This document shows, one piece after another, positions 50,750-63,438 of a DNA stretch of 64,000 bases (positions within the stretch are counted from its first letter, which is position 1; each line of letters opens with the position of its first letter). Under the pieces are notes generated by a model, which did not search any database, was not told the DNA's origin, and saw only the letters and a list, made by a program, of their open reading frames with translations. The DNA is taken from contig NC_043013.1 of assembly GCF_006345805.1 (NCBI RefSeq), positions 8,680,001-8,744,000 of the forward strand. The letters run 5' to 3'. A program made the translations under genes and the position numbers. The DNA is from Octopus sinensis (lineage: Eukaryota).

Positions 50750-51150
50750 CCAGGCAGCGAGCTGGCAGAAACGTTAGCACGCCAGGCGAAATGCTTAGCG
50801 CTATTTCGTCTGCCGTTACGTTCTGAGTTCAAATTCTGCCATGGTCAACTTTGCCTTTCATCCTTTCAGGGTCGATTAAATAAGTACCACTTACGTACTG
50901 GGGTCGATATAAATTGACTTAATCCATTTGTCTGTCCTTGTTTGTCCTCTCTGTGTTTAACTCCTTGTGGGTAGTAAAGAAAAAGGTATTTCATCTGCCA
51001 CTATGTTCTGAGTTCAAATTCTGCTGTGGTCAACTTTGCCTTTAATCCTTTCGGAGTCAATAAATTAAGTACCAGTGAAACACTTGGGTTGATGAAATCA
51101 ACTGTTCCCCGCCACCTCAAATTTCAGGCCTGGTGCCTATAGTAGAAACG
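50750..51150 (+). mobile_element. SINE-C tandem
   Basis: Full unit, then a second unit starting at ggtatttc with a different tail. Confidence 0.85.
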
Positions 51151-51233
51151 ATTATTATTATTATTATTATTAGTAGTAGTAGTATTATTATTAATGTTGT
51201 TGTTGTTACCTCCCCATGAACTTTATCTTTCAG

Positions 51234-51446
51234 ATACCTATGTGAAGTTAACTCTGATGTCTCCAACTGGTAAAGAAATTGCCCGAAGTAAAACTTCTAT
51301 ACGACGTGGTCAGCCAAATCCATTGTTTAGAGAAACATTTGTATTCCAAGTGGCATTATTTCAACTGCCAGAATTAACACTAATGATCTCTGTCTACAAT
51401 AAACGAAGTATGAAACGGAAAGAAATGATTGGCTGGTTTGCTTTAG
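51234..51446 (+). CDS. SYT14: Synaptotagmin-14/16-like exon (C2B core)
   Basis: tttcAG acceptor; G+AT gives Asp. Reads [71 protein letters not shown]. Donor GTAAGG at 51447. Near-identical to the SYT14/16 C2B as I recall it; SVYNK lacks the Ca-binding Asp residues, as expected for this Ca-independent subfamily. Confidence 0.96.
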
Positions 51447-51606
51447 GTAAGGGATTCTTTCAGAGATTTTTATTTGATTATGTTATTTTATTTAACTATT
51501 AGTGACCAAAATATTTAGAGGAGAATCACCCAATTTGGGAATTTGGATTTTTGGTTGGAAGGTTGATGATTTGCTGCCTATTTTTAGGGCCCTATTGTGT
51601 CTGTGT

Positions 51607-51915
51607 GGAGGCGCAATGGCCCAGTGGTTAGGGCAGGGGACTTGCAGTTGTAGGATCGTGGTTTTGATTCCCAGACCGAGCATTGTGAGTGTTTATTGAA
51701 CGAAAACACCTAAAGCTCTACAAGGCTCCAGCAGGGGGTGGTGGTGAACCCTGCTGAGCTCTTTCACCACAACTTTCTCTCACTCTTTCTTCCTGTTTCT
51801 GTTGTACCTGCATTTCAAAGGGCCAGCCTTGTCACACTCTGTGTGACGCTAAATCTCCCCAAGAACTACGTTAAGGGTACACGTGTCTGTGGAGAGCTCA
51901 GCCACTTGCACGTTA
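51607..51915 (+). mobile_element. SINE-E, 3'-truncated and fused to a SINE-D fragment
   Basis: Homology to 4833-5222. Confidence 0.82.
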
Positions 51916-52344
51916 ATAAATGAGCTGCAACGTCAATGGTGCCAAGCTGTATCGGCCTTAGCCTTTCCCTTGGATAACATCGGTGGCGTGGAGAGAGGAG
52001 GCTGGTAAGTGTGGGCGACTGCTGGTCTTCCATAAACAACCTTGCCCAGACTTGTGCCTCGGAGGGTAACTTTCTAGGTGCAATTCCATGGTCATTCATG
52101 ACCGAAGGAGGTCACACTTTGTGTTTGTAACAAAGAGATATAATCTTTATGTTACCATATTGCTGATGAACTATTCTGCTTTTAATATAAATATAATGAA
52201 ATTATTGTATATAGTGCTCAGGTGCAGCACAACTTGTCAAAAATTGCATATAAAGCATATGCAGTAATTTACAAATGTCTGGAAAGTGAACAGTGTATGA
52301 GTCAGATACATGCTTGCGTGTGTATGGAGGGGAGAAAATCAGGT

Positions 52345-52633
52345 GTAGTGTTGGCAAATCTCAGGAAGTATGGAAGAAGTTTCGAAGGATGCAGTGCTCC
52401 GACAACTAACAATTGATGCCGGCAGTTTGTTCCATGCTTCAGCAACTCTTAGCGTGAAAAAATATTTGAAAGTCATGGGAGCTGTGCTGCTTTCTGACTT
52501 TGTAAACATGTCCACGGGTGTTAGACTGGTGGAGTTTGAAAAGGTGCTCAGAGTTATTGTTTGTAAGATGGTTAATAATTTTATGGGTGTCTGCCAAGTC
52601 AGCTGCCAGACGTCGGAGTTTCAATGAGTCCAT
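52345..52633 (-). mobile_element. CR1-type LINE 3' fragment, diverged subfamily
   Basis: LRRLAADLADTHKIINHL...TRGHVYKVRKQHSSHDF, then WNKLP after a frameshift. Confidence 0.85.
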
Positions 52634-53122
52634 TTGTTTTGATTAATTTTTAAAATAAGTAAGATTTTAGTTAAAATAATTATCATTATTAAGCTGGTGT
52701 TTGGAACATAAATTAACCTGAAATTTTAATGGAATATTTTAACTGAGATCACTTTAATACATTGGGTGCCTATTTCATGGCACCAGCATTAGTGAGATTG
52801 CCATGAATCTTGCAAGATTAAGATCTCTGTTGTCTGAATGGGGCTACAGTAGAGAGGAGAAAGGTGGCTTTATGCTCAGGGATGAGGAGTTAAAAATTAT
52901 GACAGAAGTGGTCAGAGCAGAACGGGTTTCTTTCTGTAGAGGAGTTACACTGCCTTTTTCAGGGGCTACAGTAGAGAGGAGAAAGGTGGCTTTATGCTAA
53001 GAGATGAGAAGTTAAAAAGTATTGACAGAAGTGGTCAGAGCTGAACATTTACTGATCATACATTCAAGACTATCTAATCATTCCACTTTGTTAATCTGTA
53101 TTCGTCTCTTCATTGATTTCAG

Positions 53123-53223
53123 GAATGAAAAGCAGCGGAGAAGAAGAACAGAGCCACTGGAACGACATGTGTGAAAACAAAGGGGAGGAAGTACAGCGCT
53201 GGCACGTACTCCTTGAATCTTGA
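53123..53223 (+). CDS. SYT14: Synaptotagmin-14/16-like last coding exon
   Basis: tttcAG acceptor; G+GA gives Gly. Reads GMKSSGEEEQSHWNDMCENKGEEVQRWHVLLES then TGA at 53221-53223, the typical SYT14/16 C-terminus. Confidence 0.95.
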
Positions 53224-54559
53224 GCCACCAGGGCTCAATGAGCTGCACTGAACTCTTGTTTCCATTTGTACCAATACCAATACTCTAGTAATAATCTTCT
53301 CCTCCCGGACAATGTTCACAGTCTACATATACACATACACACACAGTCACACTTGTGCATACATAGTCTGCACCCTTCCTCTTTTCTCTCTTTGTCCCCT
53401 CCTCTCTATCTCTATCTCCTTGTTAAAAGACATAACCTGCAACTAATTGTAGCCATTAGATGCCATCATCCACATAGCTCTCATCTCCATCATCTCTATG
53501 TCACTCACGTATATAGACTCTTCCTCTCCTCCTACTCTCTCTCTTGTCTTTCTACTTCCAGCCCTCTCTTACAGAATTTCCTTCCACTAAACTCTATGTA
53601 TATCTGTATATATGTATATCTAGATAAACCTTCACTATTTGAACGAAACTTCTTCTCAAGAATAACTAACCACACCCACACACACACCAGACTTAGAAGA
53701 AAAAAAATTTAGATTCACAATTCTTCCTTATTTGTGTAGAGTTCTATGTTATGACTTGATACTGTCGGTTGCATACCTTAATTCTGTTCACGGTGGCCCA
53801 CTGATTGCTGAACAAAATGTCCCAGCCCCAAAACCACCACCATGTTAGCCAATGAGTGAGTGTCTTCAAGGTCAATTGACCTGCTAGAAATAGCTGCCAT
53901 ATCCCTCTTAATTTACACCATACTCTCTTGTAAAAAAAAAAAGAAATAGAAGCAAGGCATGTCAGACGGTCTACTCCTGGGTAGACTGTACCTGAGACAA
54001 GGATGAGATAGATATGTCTGGAATGCCCTTGATCATAAATTTTCTGAATTAGGATTGACCTGGGACTAAACAACAACCAGTTACCACGTCCATCTTCGCA
54101 AAAATACATACTTACACACCACCACCACCACCACCACCTTATAACGTAACACACAGAATCAAGGGACGTAACTCAGTGACAGTTTCTTGCTACTGCTTTT
54201 TCTAGCAATATTTCTACAATACCTTTATAGAATTGCTTGCCTCCTGGTGAATTCATATGGATGGTGAGTGATGTGGGAGTTTTAAGTGAGTATCATTGTT
54301 ATGTCAGCCATTATATTTCCTATCCAGGTGGTGTAGAGTTCACTGCATGATGCTTGGAGAGGCTAGTGGATAGCGAAAGATAGTACAATATTGACCTCAT
54401 ACACACAACATATGTATATGTTTTTACATATTTATGTATGTGTATGTGTATACATGTGTGTATATGTATATATATGTGTGTGTGTGTGCGTGTATGTATG
54501 TGCATATATATATATATCTTATATATATATGTACATATATATATATGTATATGTGTGCA

Positions 54560-54591
<32 letters not shown>

Positions 54592-54879
54592 CACAAATAC
54601 ACACACATGCATATGTGCAGGCATTCATTGCATTGCAGAATTCTCCTGCAAAAATCTTGCCATAATGCAGAATTCTGTTAGTGAAAAAAGACTACTTTCA
54701 CATTGTTTTTTTCATGTTACCAATTGCAATGCATTCCAACAGAATTTTTTTGAGAAAAAAAAAACAAAAGTAATTCAGTCACATTTAGACCAGAAGACAT
54801 CAATTTTTACTCAAACACACACACACACACACACGCACACACACACACACACACACATATGCTTCTTCTTCGAGTAATC

Positions 54880-55215
54880 ACAACCAAAAATCACACCCAC
54901 AAAGTTATCAACCACCTCACCAACAACAACAACACTGAACACCTTTTTGATCTCCATGTGTCCAACACACTTGGACATGCCTACAAAGTCAGAAAACAAC
55001 ACAGCTCCCATGACTTTCGGAAACATTTTTTCACGCTCAGAGTTGCTGAAGCATGGAATAAACTGCCTGCGTCAGTTGTTGACTGCCATGACACTGCATC
55101 CTTTAAGGCCCTCATGCTTTCCGAAATCCGCCGAAACTACACCTGATTATATATACACTTTAGATGAGTTGTAGTGCACCTGAGCACTGTACACAATTAT
55201 TATTATTATTATTAT
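54880..55215 (+). mobile_element. CR1-type LINE 3' fragment with (ATT)n tail
   Basis: HKVINHL...GHAYKVRKQHSSHDFRKHFFTLRVAEAWNKLPASVV...stop at 55144-46, then 3'UTR and ATT tail. Confidence 0.85.
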
Positions 55216-56479
55216 AAGATGTCCGTGTACCCCTATAAGCTTTGGCAGATTCTCAATTTCCTGTTGTGTGTCCCTAACAATAGCATTAATGTAGTTGATT
55301 GTTCTTTGTTCTCTGCAAGTGCTGTATACAGACGTAAAAGCTTTTGCAAGAGAAATACTTTAGGAAATAAATATGAAACAATGAGAAAGGAAGGCGGTGA
55401 GCTGGCAGAATCGTTAGCATGCAGGGCAAAATGCTTAGCAGCATTTCGTCCGTCTTTATATTCTGAGTTCTAACTCTGCCAAGGTCAATTTTGCCTTTCA
55501 TCCTTTCGGGGTCAATAAAATAAGTACCAAATGAGCACTGGGGTGTCAATGTAATCAACTTAATCCCCCACCTCCAAATTGCTGGCCTTGTGCCTAAATT
55601 TGAAACCAATATCATAGTGTGAGGATGTGTGGCTTAGTAGTTAGGGTGTTGCACTCATGATTGCTAGATTGTGGGTTCGATTCCCAGACCAAGTGGCATG
55701 TTGTATTCTTGAGCAAAACACTTAATTTCCGGTTGCTCCAGTCCACTCAGCTATAAATGGTTAACCCTGCAACGGAATAGTCTTTTGATCAAGGGCAATG
55801 TCGGCCTGCTTGCCAGTGGGGTAGCATTGTTCAAAGGGTAGAACAATGCAAAGCGCATAGTGACCAGCGATGTATAGCAACATTTAATAGTCTGGTCAAT
55901 ACCATGATACTGTGAATATCATAGTATAATATACATTCGCTATGAATACTGCTGACTGCTGTGTGATAGTTTGAGGTGATGACACACCATCTGCTGCAGG
56001 GTGAGGTTGGGGATAGGAATAAGAACTTATCCATAGTTGTTTGATGCTTACAGAACAACATCCTGTTGTACAACTTAATGTATGAACTGAGCTCTTCATG
56101 AGCTTTTCTTGTAATCTTTGTACTACATACATGGTAGAGGGTAAAGACCCCCTTCAGTCATGAACGAATATGAGATTGCACCTAGAAAGTTACCCTCCAA
56201 GGCACAAGTCCAGACAACGTTATTTATGGAATACCAACAGGTGCCCGTGCATACCAGCCTCCCCTCTCTACTCCACTGGTGTTATCCAAGGGAAAGGCAA
56301 AGTTCGATACAACTTGGTGCCAATGATATCGCAACTCATTTCTACAACTGAGTGAACTGAACCAACATGAAATAAAATGTCTTGCCCAAGAACACAACAT
56401 ACAGCCTGGTCTAGGAATTGAACTCAGTACTTCATGATCGTGAGCCTGACAGTCTAGCCCCTGAGTCATACACCTTCAC

Positions 56480-57880
56480 ATTCATGATTAGGTTCATTAT
56501 CAGTGAAGATTTTCTAACTCTCCTCTGCATATTAGCTACATTCTTCACAGTCAACTGAAATTAAGTAAGTGGAGTGTTTACATCCTCTAACAGTCCTGCA
56601 GTTTGCTCTTGTCCTATCAACACCAGCCCCTAATTAGAGAAACTGTCCCATTGGGACCCTAGCAGCTCACCCTTATCATCTACTATAACTTCTTCAAACT
56701 CTACTCATTTGTCAGCGTCATGCTGTTTTGCTGACCTTTGTGTAGATTCTGGTTGAAAGTCTTTAAAGTTAATGATACACTCTGTTTAGGGCGGTGAGCT
56801 GGCAAGATCGTTAGCACGCTGGACGAAATGTTTAGCAGTATTTCGTCTGCTGTTACGTTCTGAGTTCGAATTCCGCCGAGGTTGACTTTGCCTTTCATCC
56901 TTTCGGGGTCGATTAAATGAGTACCACTTACACACTGGGGTCGATATAATTGACTTAATCTGTTTGTCTGTCCTTGTTTGTCCCCTCTGTGTTTAGCCCC
57001 TTGTGGGTAGTAAAGAAATAGATACACTCTGGTTAGATGTTTTGCCAAGCACCACTCATAGCTGAGGGTTTCATTTCACCTCATAACTTGGTTATGTTAT
57101 CCACTGCATCCATAATGCTGAATTTCTTTTTCCAGAAGTCTCCAATTATAGGTTTAATATTTTCATAAATTTTATGAATTGATTCAAAGTTCTCTGATAA
57201 TATGCCTTCAAGTTAGCCAATACATCCAAGCTGAAGCAAAGAAGTTGTGTTCTTGGAGACATATTCAACTCTTTTATTATCAGAAATACCATTTAAGTTC
57301 CCTGGGTAGCTAAGAACAATGTCAAAATGAAGCAACACTTTGTTGAAAATAATATGCCAGATACTATATCTTTCTACATAAGGGCTAAAAACCTTAATAA
57401 TTCATTATGAAAAAGGTTCTTGGTCATCTAAGTCTTCTTATTTGAAGACCAAATTACAAGTAAATTAAACTTAGTATAGTCCCAGAAAAACCTTTATTGA
57501 ATAGGGGCTTTAATTTCATATCACCAATAGCATTTCCTCACACAGGAAGTATTAGGAAATTTTTGGAAGCTTTGAAGCTTAGTGCTAATTTTTCTTCATT
57601 AGAAATAGAAGATTTAGTAGGTAGGTATGCAGTACCAGAAAAACCCACTTTCATAAAATTTTGCACATTTATTCTGATGTATGGTCTTCTCCAGCAATAA
57701 TTTTCTTTGGTTCTTCAGAATAACTACTTGCAACTTGTGTTGGCATAGCAGCTTTGTTAGTCATTTTAATGTGAGGCAAATTAAAGTGTCACTTTAACCT
57801 TTCAAACCAGCCTCTTGGTAAATATCTTCACCTCAGAAGTCGCTTCTTCTATTCAAACGCTGTGTGTTTTAAGTATAACT
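56480..57880 (-). mobile_element. Tigger/pogo-like transposase relic, split by a SINE
   Basis: Minus-strand motifs GWFERLK, ESGFFW, NEEKLALSFKASK, GNAIGDMKLKPL, VIWSSNKK, KVLLHFD, KNTTSLLQ, LKAYY, DFWKK, IMDAVDNI, AWQNI*PEC; many stops and frameshifts. Confidence 0.88.
56785..57020 (+). mobile_element. SINE-C with 11-bp TSD inside the Tigger relic
   Basis: gatacactctg at 56774-84 and 57021-31. Confidence 0.92.
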
Positions 57881-58798
57881 TGAGATCTATGGATAAAAAA
57901 AAACAATTCCTAGGTGTTTAGTAGAATAGCTGATTGAGTACTTGACCTACTTTTATCTTTATTGATTCCAGGTATTGTTTCCATGATAGATATTGCAAGC
58001 TTTATTGTATTTGTAATATGGCTGAGTTGTTCTCCCACTTCAAACTTCTGCTAAACATTAAGTAAAATTTACAATATAGGTGTGGTAAGAAGTTTGCTTC
58101 CCAACCGTGTGGTTCCGGGTTCAGTCTCATTAAGTGGCACCTTGGGCAAGTGTCGTCTACTATAGCCTTGAACCGACCAAGGCCTTGTGAGTGGATTTGG
58201 TAGAGGGAAACTGAAAGAAGCCTGTCATATATATCTGCTTGTGTCTGTTTCTGTATTTCACCATTGCTTATTAACTGGTGTTGGTGTGTTTTCGTCCCCA
58301 TAAACTTAGTAGATCAACAAAAACAAAAATCAAAAACAACCCAAAAAACAATAGAATAAGTACCAGACTTTACAAAAAGAAAAAAAAATGTATTGGGGTT
58401 GATTCATTCAACTAAATTTTTCAAGGTGGTGCCCCAGCATGGCCTCTGCCCAATGACTGAAACAAGTGAAAGATAAAAGATTAAAAGGTTTCTTTTATGA
58501 CTCCTTTTCATGCTATTCCCACTCGACATCCTCTTTCCCCATAATCCTGAATAAAATCAATGAACTAAATTGCACAGGTTTGTAGTCAAATCCAACAGCA
58601 GCTGTAGTTGGTGAAGAGAAATCCACATTGTAGAGAAAAACTGTAGAATCCTAAGAAAGTAACATACTGCATCATCAGTAAATAATGGGTTTATTAATTT
58701 GGGCATAAAAAATGGAAATAAGGAAATGCAAGAGAAGAAGGAAGTGTGTTAATGTTTATGGTTGTTGTCCAATGAGTGGGGAAATGCTGTACGATTAA

Positions 58799-59407
58799 CC
58801 CTTTAGCATTCGTATTATTCTATCAAATATAATGCTTGTTTTATTCTCTTGTGCTCTCTTTTACTTGTTTCAGTCATTTGACTGTGGCCATGCTGGAGCA
58901 CTGCCTTTAGTCGAGCAAATCGACCCCGGAGCTTATTCTGTGTAAGCCTAGTACTTATTCTATCGGATCTCTTTAAGTTACGAGGATGTAAACACACCAG
59001 CATCGGTTGTCAAGCGATGTTGGCGGAGACAAACATATACACACATACACATATATACATATACGATGGGCTTCTTTCAGTTTCCGTCTACCAAATCCAC
59101 CCACAAGGCTTTGGTCGGCCCGAGGCTATAGTAGAAGACACTTGCCCAAGGTGCCATGCAGTGGGACTGAACCCATGACCATGCGGTTGGTAAGCAAGCT
59201 ACTTACCACACAGCCACTCCTGCACCTATATTTACATTCTTTTGAAGTAATCATGCATTATCTCTTAGCTTCAAGACTTCAATGGTGCATTTGTATATTT
59301 TTAGAAATTACCTTGTAAGGTAGGTGTGAGAGGTTGGATGTTGTCAGTTTTAGCATAAAACAGGTAGACTATTTGGGCTGGATATGGCCAGATTAAACAC
59401 TAAAGGG
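58799..59407. mobile_element. TTAA-flanked MITE interrupted by a SINE-A copy
   Basis: TTAA|ccctttag ... ctaaaggg|TTAA; same family as 31569-31785 and the relic at about 24575-24770. Confidence 0.65.
58845..59228 (-). mobile_element. SINE-A inside a TTAA MITE
   Basis: Homology to other copies. Confidence 0.88.
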
Positions 59408-59587
59408 TTAAAGTTTCTGGCAAGACCCAGGTCAGATGAATTGGTGCTTTCACTAACAAGATATAGAGTGGCAGAGAAGGGCATGGATAGGGGTTAGCAA
59501 AGATGTTGAGAGCAATGAAAAGTAAGATGGGGTGAAGACGTAGGAACAGGTAGGTGTTGGTAAGAATGCCGATAGCAATGAGAGACA

Positions 59588-59588
<1 letters not shown>

Positions 59589-59657
<69 letters not shown>

Positions 59658-59688
59658 GTAATAATAAACAATGATAATAATAATAATA

Positions 59689-59740
<52 letters not shown>

Positions 59741-59784
59741 TAATAATATAATAATATAATAATAATAATATAATAATAACAATG

Positions 59785-59833
<49 letters not shown>

Positions 59834-59835
59834 TG

Positions 59836-59878
<43 letters not shown>

Positions 59879-59880
59879 TG

Positions 59881-59935
<55 letters not shown>

Positions 59936-59937
59936 TG

Positions 59938-59972
<35 letters not shown>

Positions 59973-60003
59973 TAATAATAATAACAATGATAATAATAAT
60001 AAT
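59589..60003. repeat. Long (AAT)n microsatellite with recurrent aacaatgat interruptions
   Basis: Direct reading. Confidence 0.95.
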
Positions 60004-60007
60004 AAAA

Positions 60008-60344
60008 GGGTAAGACCCCTTCGGTCATGAATGACCATGGGATTGCACCTAGAAAGTTACCCTCCTAGACACAAGTCCGGGCAAGGTTGTTTATGGAAGA
60101 CCAGCAGTCGCCCATGCATACCAGCCTCCCCTCTCCACAGCACCAGTGTTATCCAAGGGAAAGACAAAGGCCGATACAGCTTGGCACCAGTGACGTCGCA
60201 ACTCATTTCTACAGCTGAGTGAACTGGGCAACGTGAAATAAAGTGCCTTGCTCAAGAACACAACACGCAGCCCGGTCTGGGATTCGAGCTCACAACCTCA
60301 CGATCGTAAGCTCGACGCTCTAACCACTGAGCCATGCGCCTTCA
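60008..60344 (-). mobile_element. SINE-D (tRNA-like head tgaaggcgcatggctcagtggttagagc)
   Basis: Full length. Other copies at about 43329-43660(-), 45950-46260(+), 51920-52110(+), 56140-56480(-), 11445-11680(+). Confidence 0.88.
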
Positions 60345-61834
60345 ATAATAATAATAACAATGATAATAATAATAATAATCTTGTCATACCAAAAGTAAAA
60401 TGTACATTTGAAGAATTGAGCTGGTATGCTGTTGTCATTAAAAATGTATGAAGGTTGAAGACAGAAAAATTATGAAGAGCAGTCATATATATCAAATAGT
60501 TTTGCCCCTCCAGCTAGGGACCCTGTTGATTTTGTTCTGGTTGACCCCCATAGGCATTCGATGTTTAAAAACTTGTTTTATAGAAACTTCTTTCAAGATT
60601 CCTGTTTTGTTTTTCACACATTAACTTGTTTAAGTTGACCTATGTAAAATGCTAGAGAAAGAAACCTAGCTGTTCCTTGCATTACATAACAATTCACACA
60701 TCTAAAGCAAAATTTTGTTGGGGCCCCTTGAAAAACTGTTGTGGGTCCCCAATTTACAATTTTGTTATGTGGACCTCCAAAAATCTTATATGGACCCTCA
60801 GCAGCCTTATGGACTCCAGCTGAGAACTACTAAGCTAGTTGTTAGATACTCTTTTTCATTCATCTAGATCCTTTCTGAGTCATATAGACTCATGGTGCCA
60901 GTTTCTAGGTTTCTGTGGCACATATATTTAGCCCCGGGATGGGATGCCAGTCTGTTACAGGATTACTCATTCTTACCAGCTGAGTGAAATGAAGTGTTCT
61001 GCTCAAGAGCACAACGCATCATTCAGTCCAGTTATTGAAATCAGAGTCTTATGATCATAAGTCCAACACCCTAACCACTAAGCCATGTGTTTCCACCTAA
61101 ACAGTATTAGAATAATATGAAGCAATTGAAAAGATGGTGGTGGTGGTGGTGGTAGTGGTGACGGTATCAATAATGGTTTCCAATTTAGGCACTAATCTTT
61201 CATCCTCTGACACAAGTTCCCCTCCTCAAGTGCCCCTGCCCCTCTCATAATTCCTCGTCTTGTGACTTACTTGGTGACCCTGCCAGTGCTGGGGGCCATG
61301 TAAAAGCTTCCAGTCTACACTGTAAAGCGGTTGGTGTTTGGAGGGGCATCCAGCTGTAAAAATCATGCCAGAACTAACCTCGCTTGTGCTAGCGCCTTGT
61401 AAAAAGTAGAGTCCACTCTGCAGGGTGGTTGATGTTAGGAAGGGCATCCAGCTGTAAAATCCCTGCCAAAACAAACACAGGAGCCTAAGGTAGTTTTCTA
61501 CTTGGCCGGCCCCTGCAAACCGTCCAACCCTTGCATGCATGGAAGATGGATGTTGAACGTTGATGATGGATTTAGGCAGAAGTTCTGGCAGTTTTTTAAG
61601 GGAGGGTCTTAGTGTTAACATGAGGAGGATTAGACTTGTATTTTATCAGCTTCGAAAGGATAAAAGATTAAGGTTGACCTCACTGAGATTTGAACTTAAA
61701 ACTTAATGCCACAAAAAGGTTATATCTGGCCCTCTCTCTCATTTCTGCCAAACCATCACTCTAATGATAATAATAATAATAACAATAACAATAACAATAA
61801 TAATAACAATAACAACAACAACAACAACAACAAC

Positions 61835-61890
<56 letters not shown>

Positions 61891-61894
<4 letters not shown>

Positions 61895-62153
61895 GGGGGG
61901 CAGAAATTCAAAAGATAGTGCTCATGGGAACTGCTCATATCCTACGCAAAATACTTTCTATGTAATCTCAAGTTTTAAAACATACTTTTCGTATGGTATT
62001 TTTAGACATTCACTAGTACAACACTAAGTACAAAACCAAATATGTGGCACCCTAGGTATAACACCAACATGAACTTCCAACCGGTTGTCTCTTGAGGTCT
62101 TTGGGTGAGACTTGGAGTTGGCTTGTGCAAATGTAAAGCAAAAGTCAAACATA

Positions 62154-62155
<2 letters not shown>
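61891..62155 (+). mobile_element. R4/Dong-like non-LTR element 3' end in a (TAA)n array
   Basis: AEIQKIVLMGTAHILRKILSM-stop (61900-61965), ~190-bp 3'UTR, (TAA)n on both sides. Confidence 0.75.
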
Positions 62156-62201
<46 letters not shown>

Positions 62202-62226
62202 TAATAACAATAATAACAATAATAAC

Positions 62227-62269
<43 letters not shown>

Positions 62270-63138
62270 TATCTGGGGAGAGTAATTTTCTTTTTGTGCT
62301 TTATAATTTAACACACACACCGGTAAAATTTCCACTTATTTCTTATTTTTATTGTAGATAGATGTATGAGTGTGTGTGGGTGGGTGTATGTATATATGTG
62401 TATATGCACGTATGTAAGCATATGGATATGAAAATAAACAGATCAACATACAGACGGATAGGTACATAGGTTATAAGAACAGACAAGCACACATACGCAA
62501 ATGAAGACTGACACACATGACCATATATACACACACACTTTTCTTCACACAGGGACACATATGGAAACACATGTCCACACATATGGAGATGCACATCCAT
62601 ACATAGAAAGATGGTACGTAGTTGCAAAACACACACACACACACACACACACTCAGACATGCACACACGAGGAGACAGAGGTACATACATATACAAACAC
62701 ATGCACATACATACAGATTCACGCATATACATACATATGCATACACACACATGCAAGCATGCATAGGTACACACACACACACACTGATCCACACACATTC
62801 GCACACACAAACAAAAGGGAATGCAGTGTAAATAACGGACAGAGTCAAGACTCTTGAAAAGGTTGCAAGACGCAACGAAAATTATAGGAAAAAAAAAATG
62901 AGAAATAAGTGGAAATTTTACTGGTTAGTGTGTTACATTATAAGGCACAAAAAGAGAATGACTCTCCCCAAATACAACAGAATATGCTTCAACACACCAA
63001 CTCACATAAAGAATCTTGTAAACCAAATCCAAAAACGAAAATTAATAATAATAATAATGATGCTGATGATGGTTTCTTTTATTGACCACAAGACATGGAG
63101 TACAATATCAAATGATGAGTTTCAGCACACAAAAACAA

Positions 63139-63183
<45 letters not shown>

Positions 63184-63185
<2 letters not shown>

Positions 63186-63438
63186 GATCCCTGGCTTACC
63201 ATCCCTGCAAGAAGTGCAAAAGATTGTCTTAACTGGTACATCACACGTATTGAGAAGAGCATTGTCGCTGTGAGAACTATTACTACCCATGTAGTAATAG
63301 ATTTTTAACTTAAAAAAAAAAAATGAACGGACTATTGAGTTAAGTTTAATGGCCTACCAATGTATACTATGAGTTTCTTTGCCCTAGGAATCGGGAAGAC
63401 ACTCGGCAAGAAATGGAAGCAAATTTGAAAGAAAAAGA
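63184..63438 (+). mobile_element. Second R4/Dong-like 3' end in a (TAA)n array (different family)
   Basis: KIPGLPSLQEVQKIVLTGTSHVLRRALSL-stop (63273), unrelated 3'UTR, (TAA)n on both sides. Confidence 0.75.

Noticed and set aside
62845-62895. Hammerhead in the gttgc-aagac-gcaac-GAAA hairpin
   Set aside because: Upstream core TTGAAAAG deviates from CUGANGA and stem I is inconsistent between copies.
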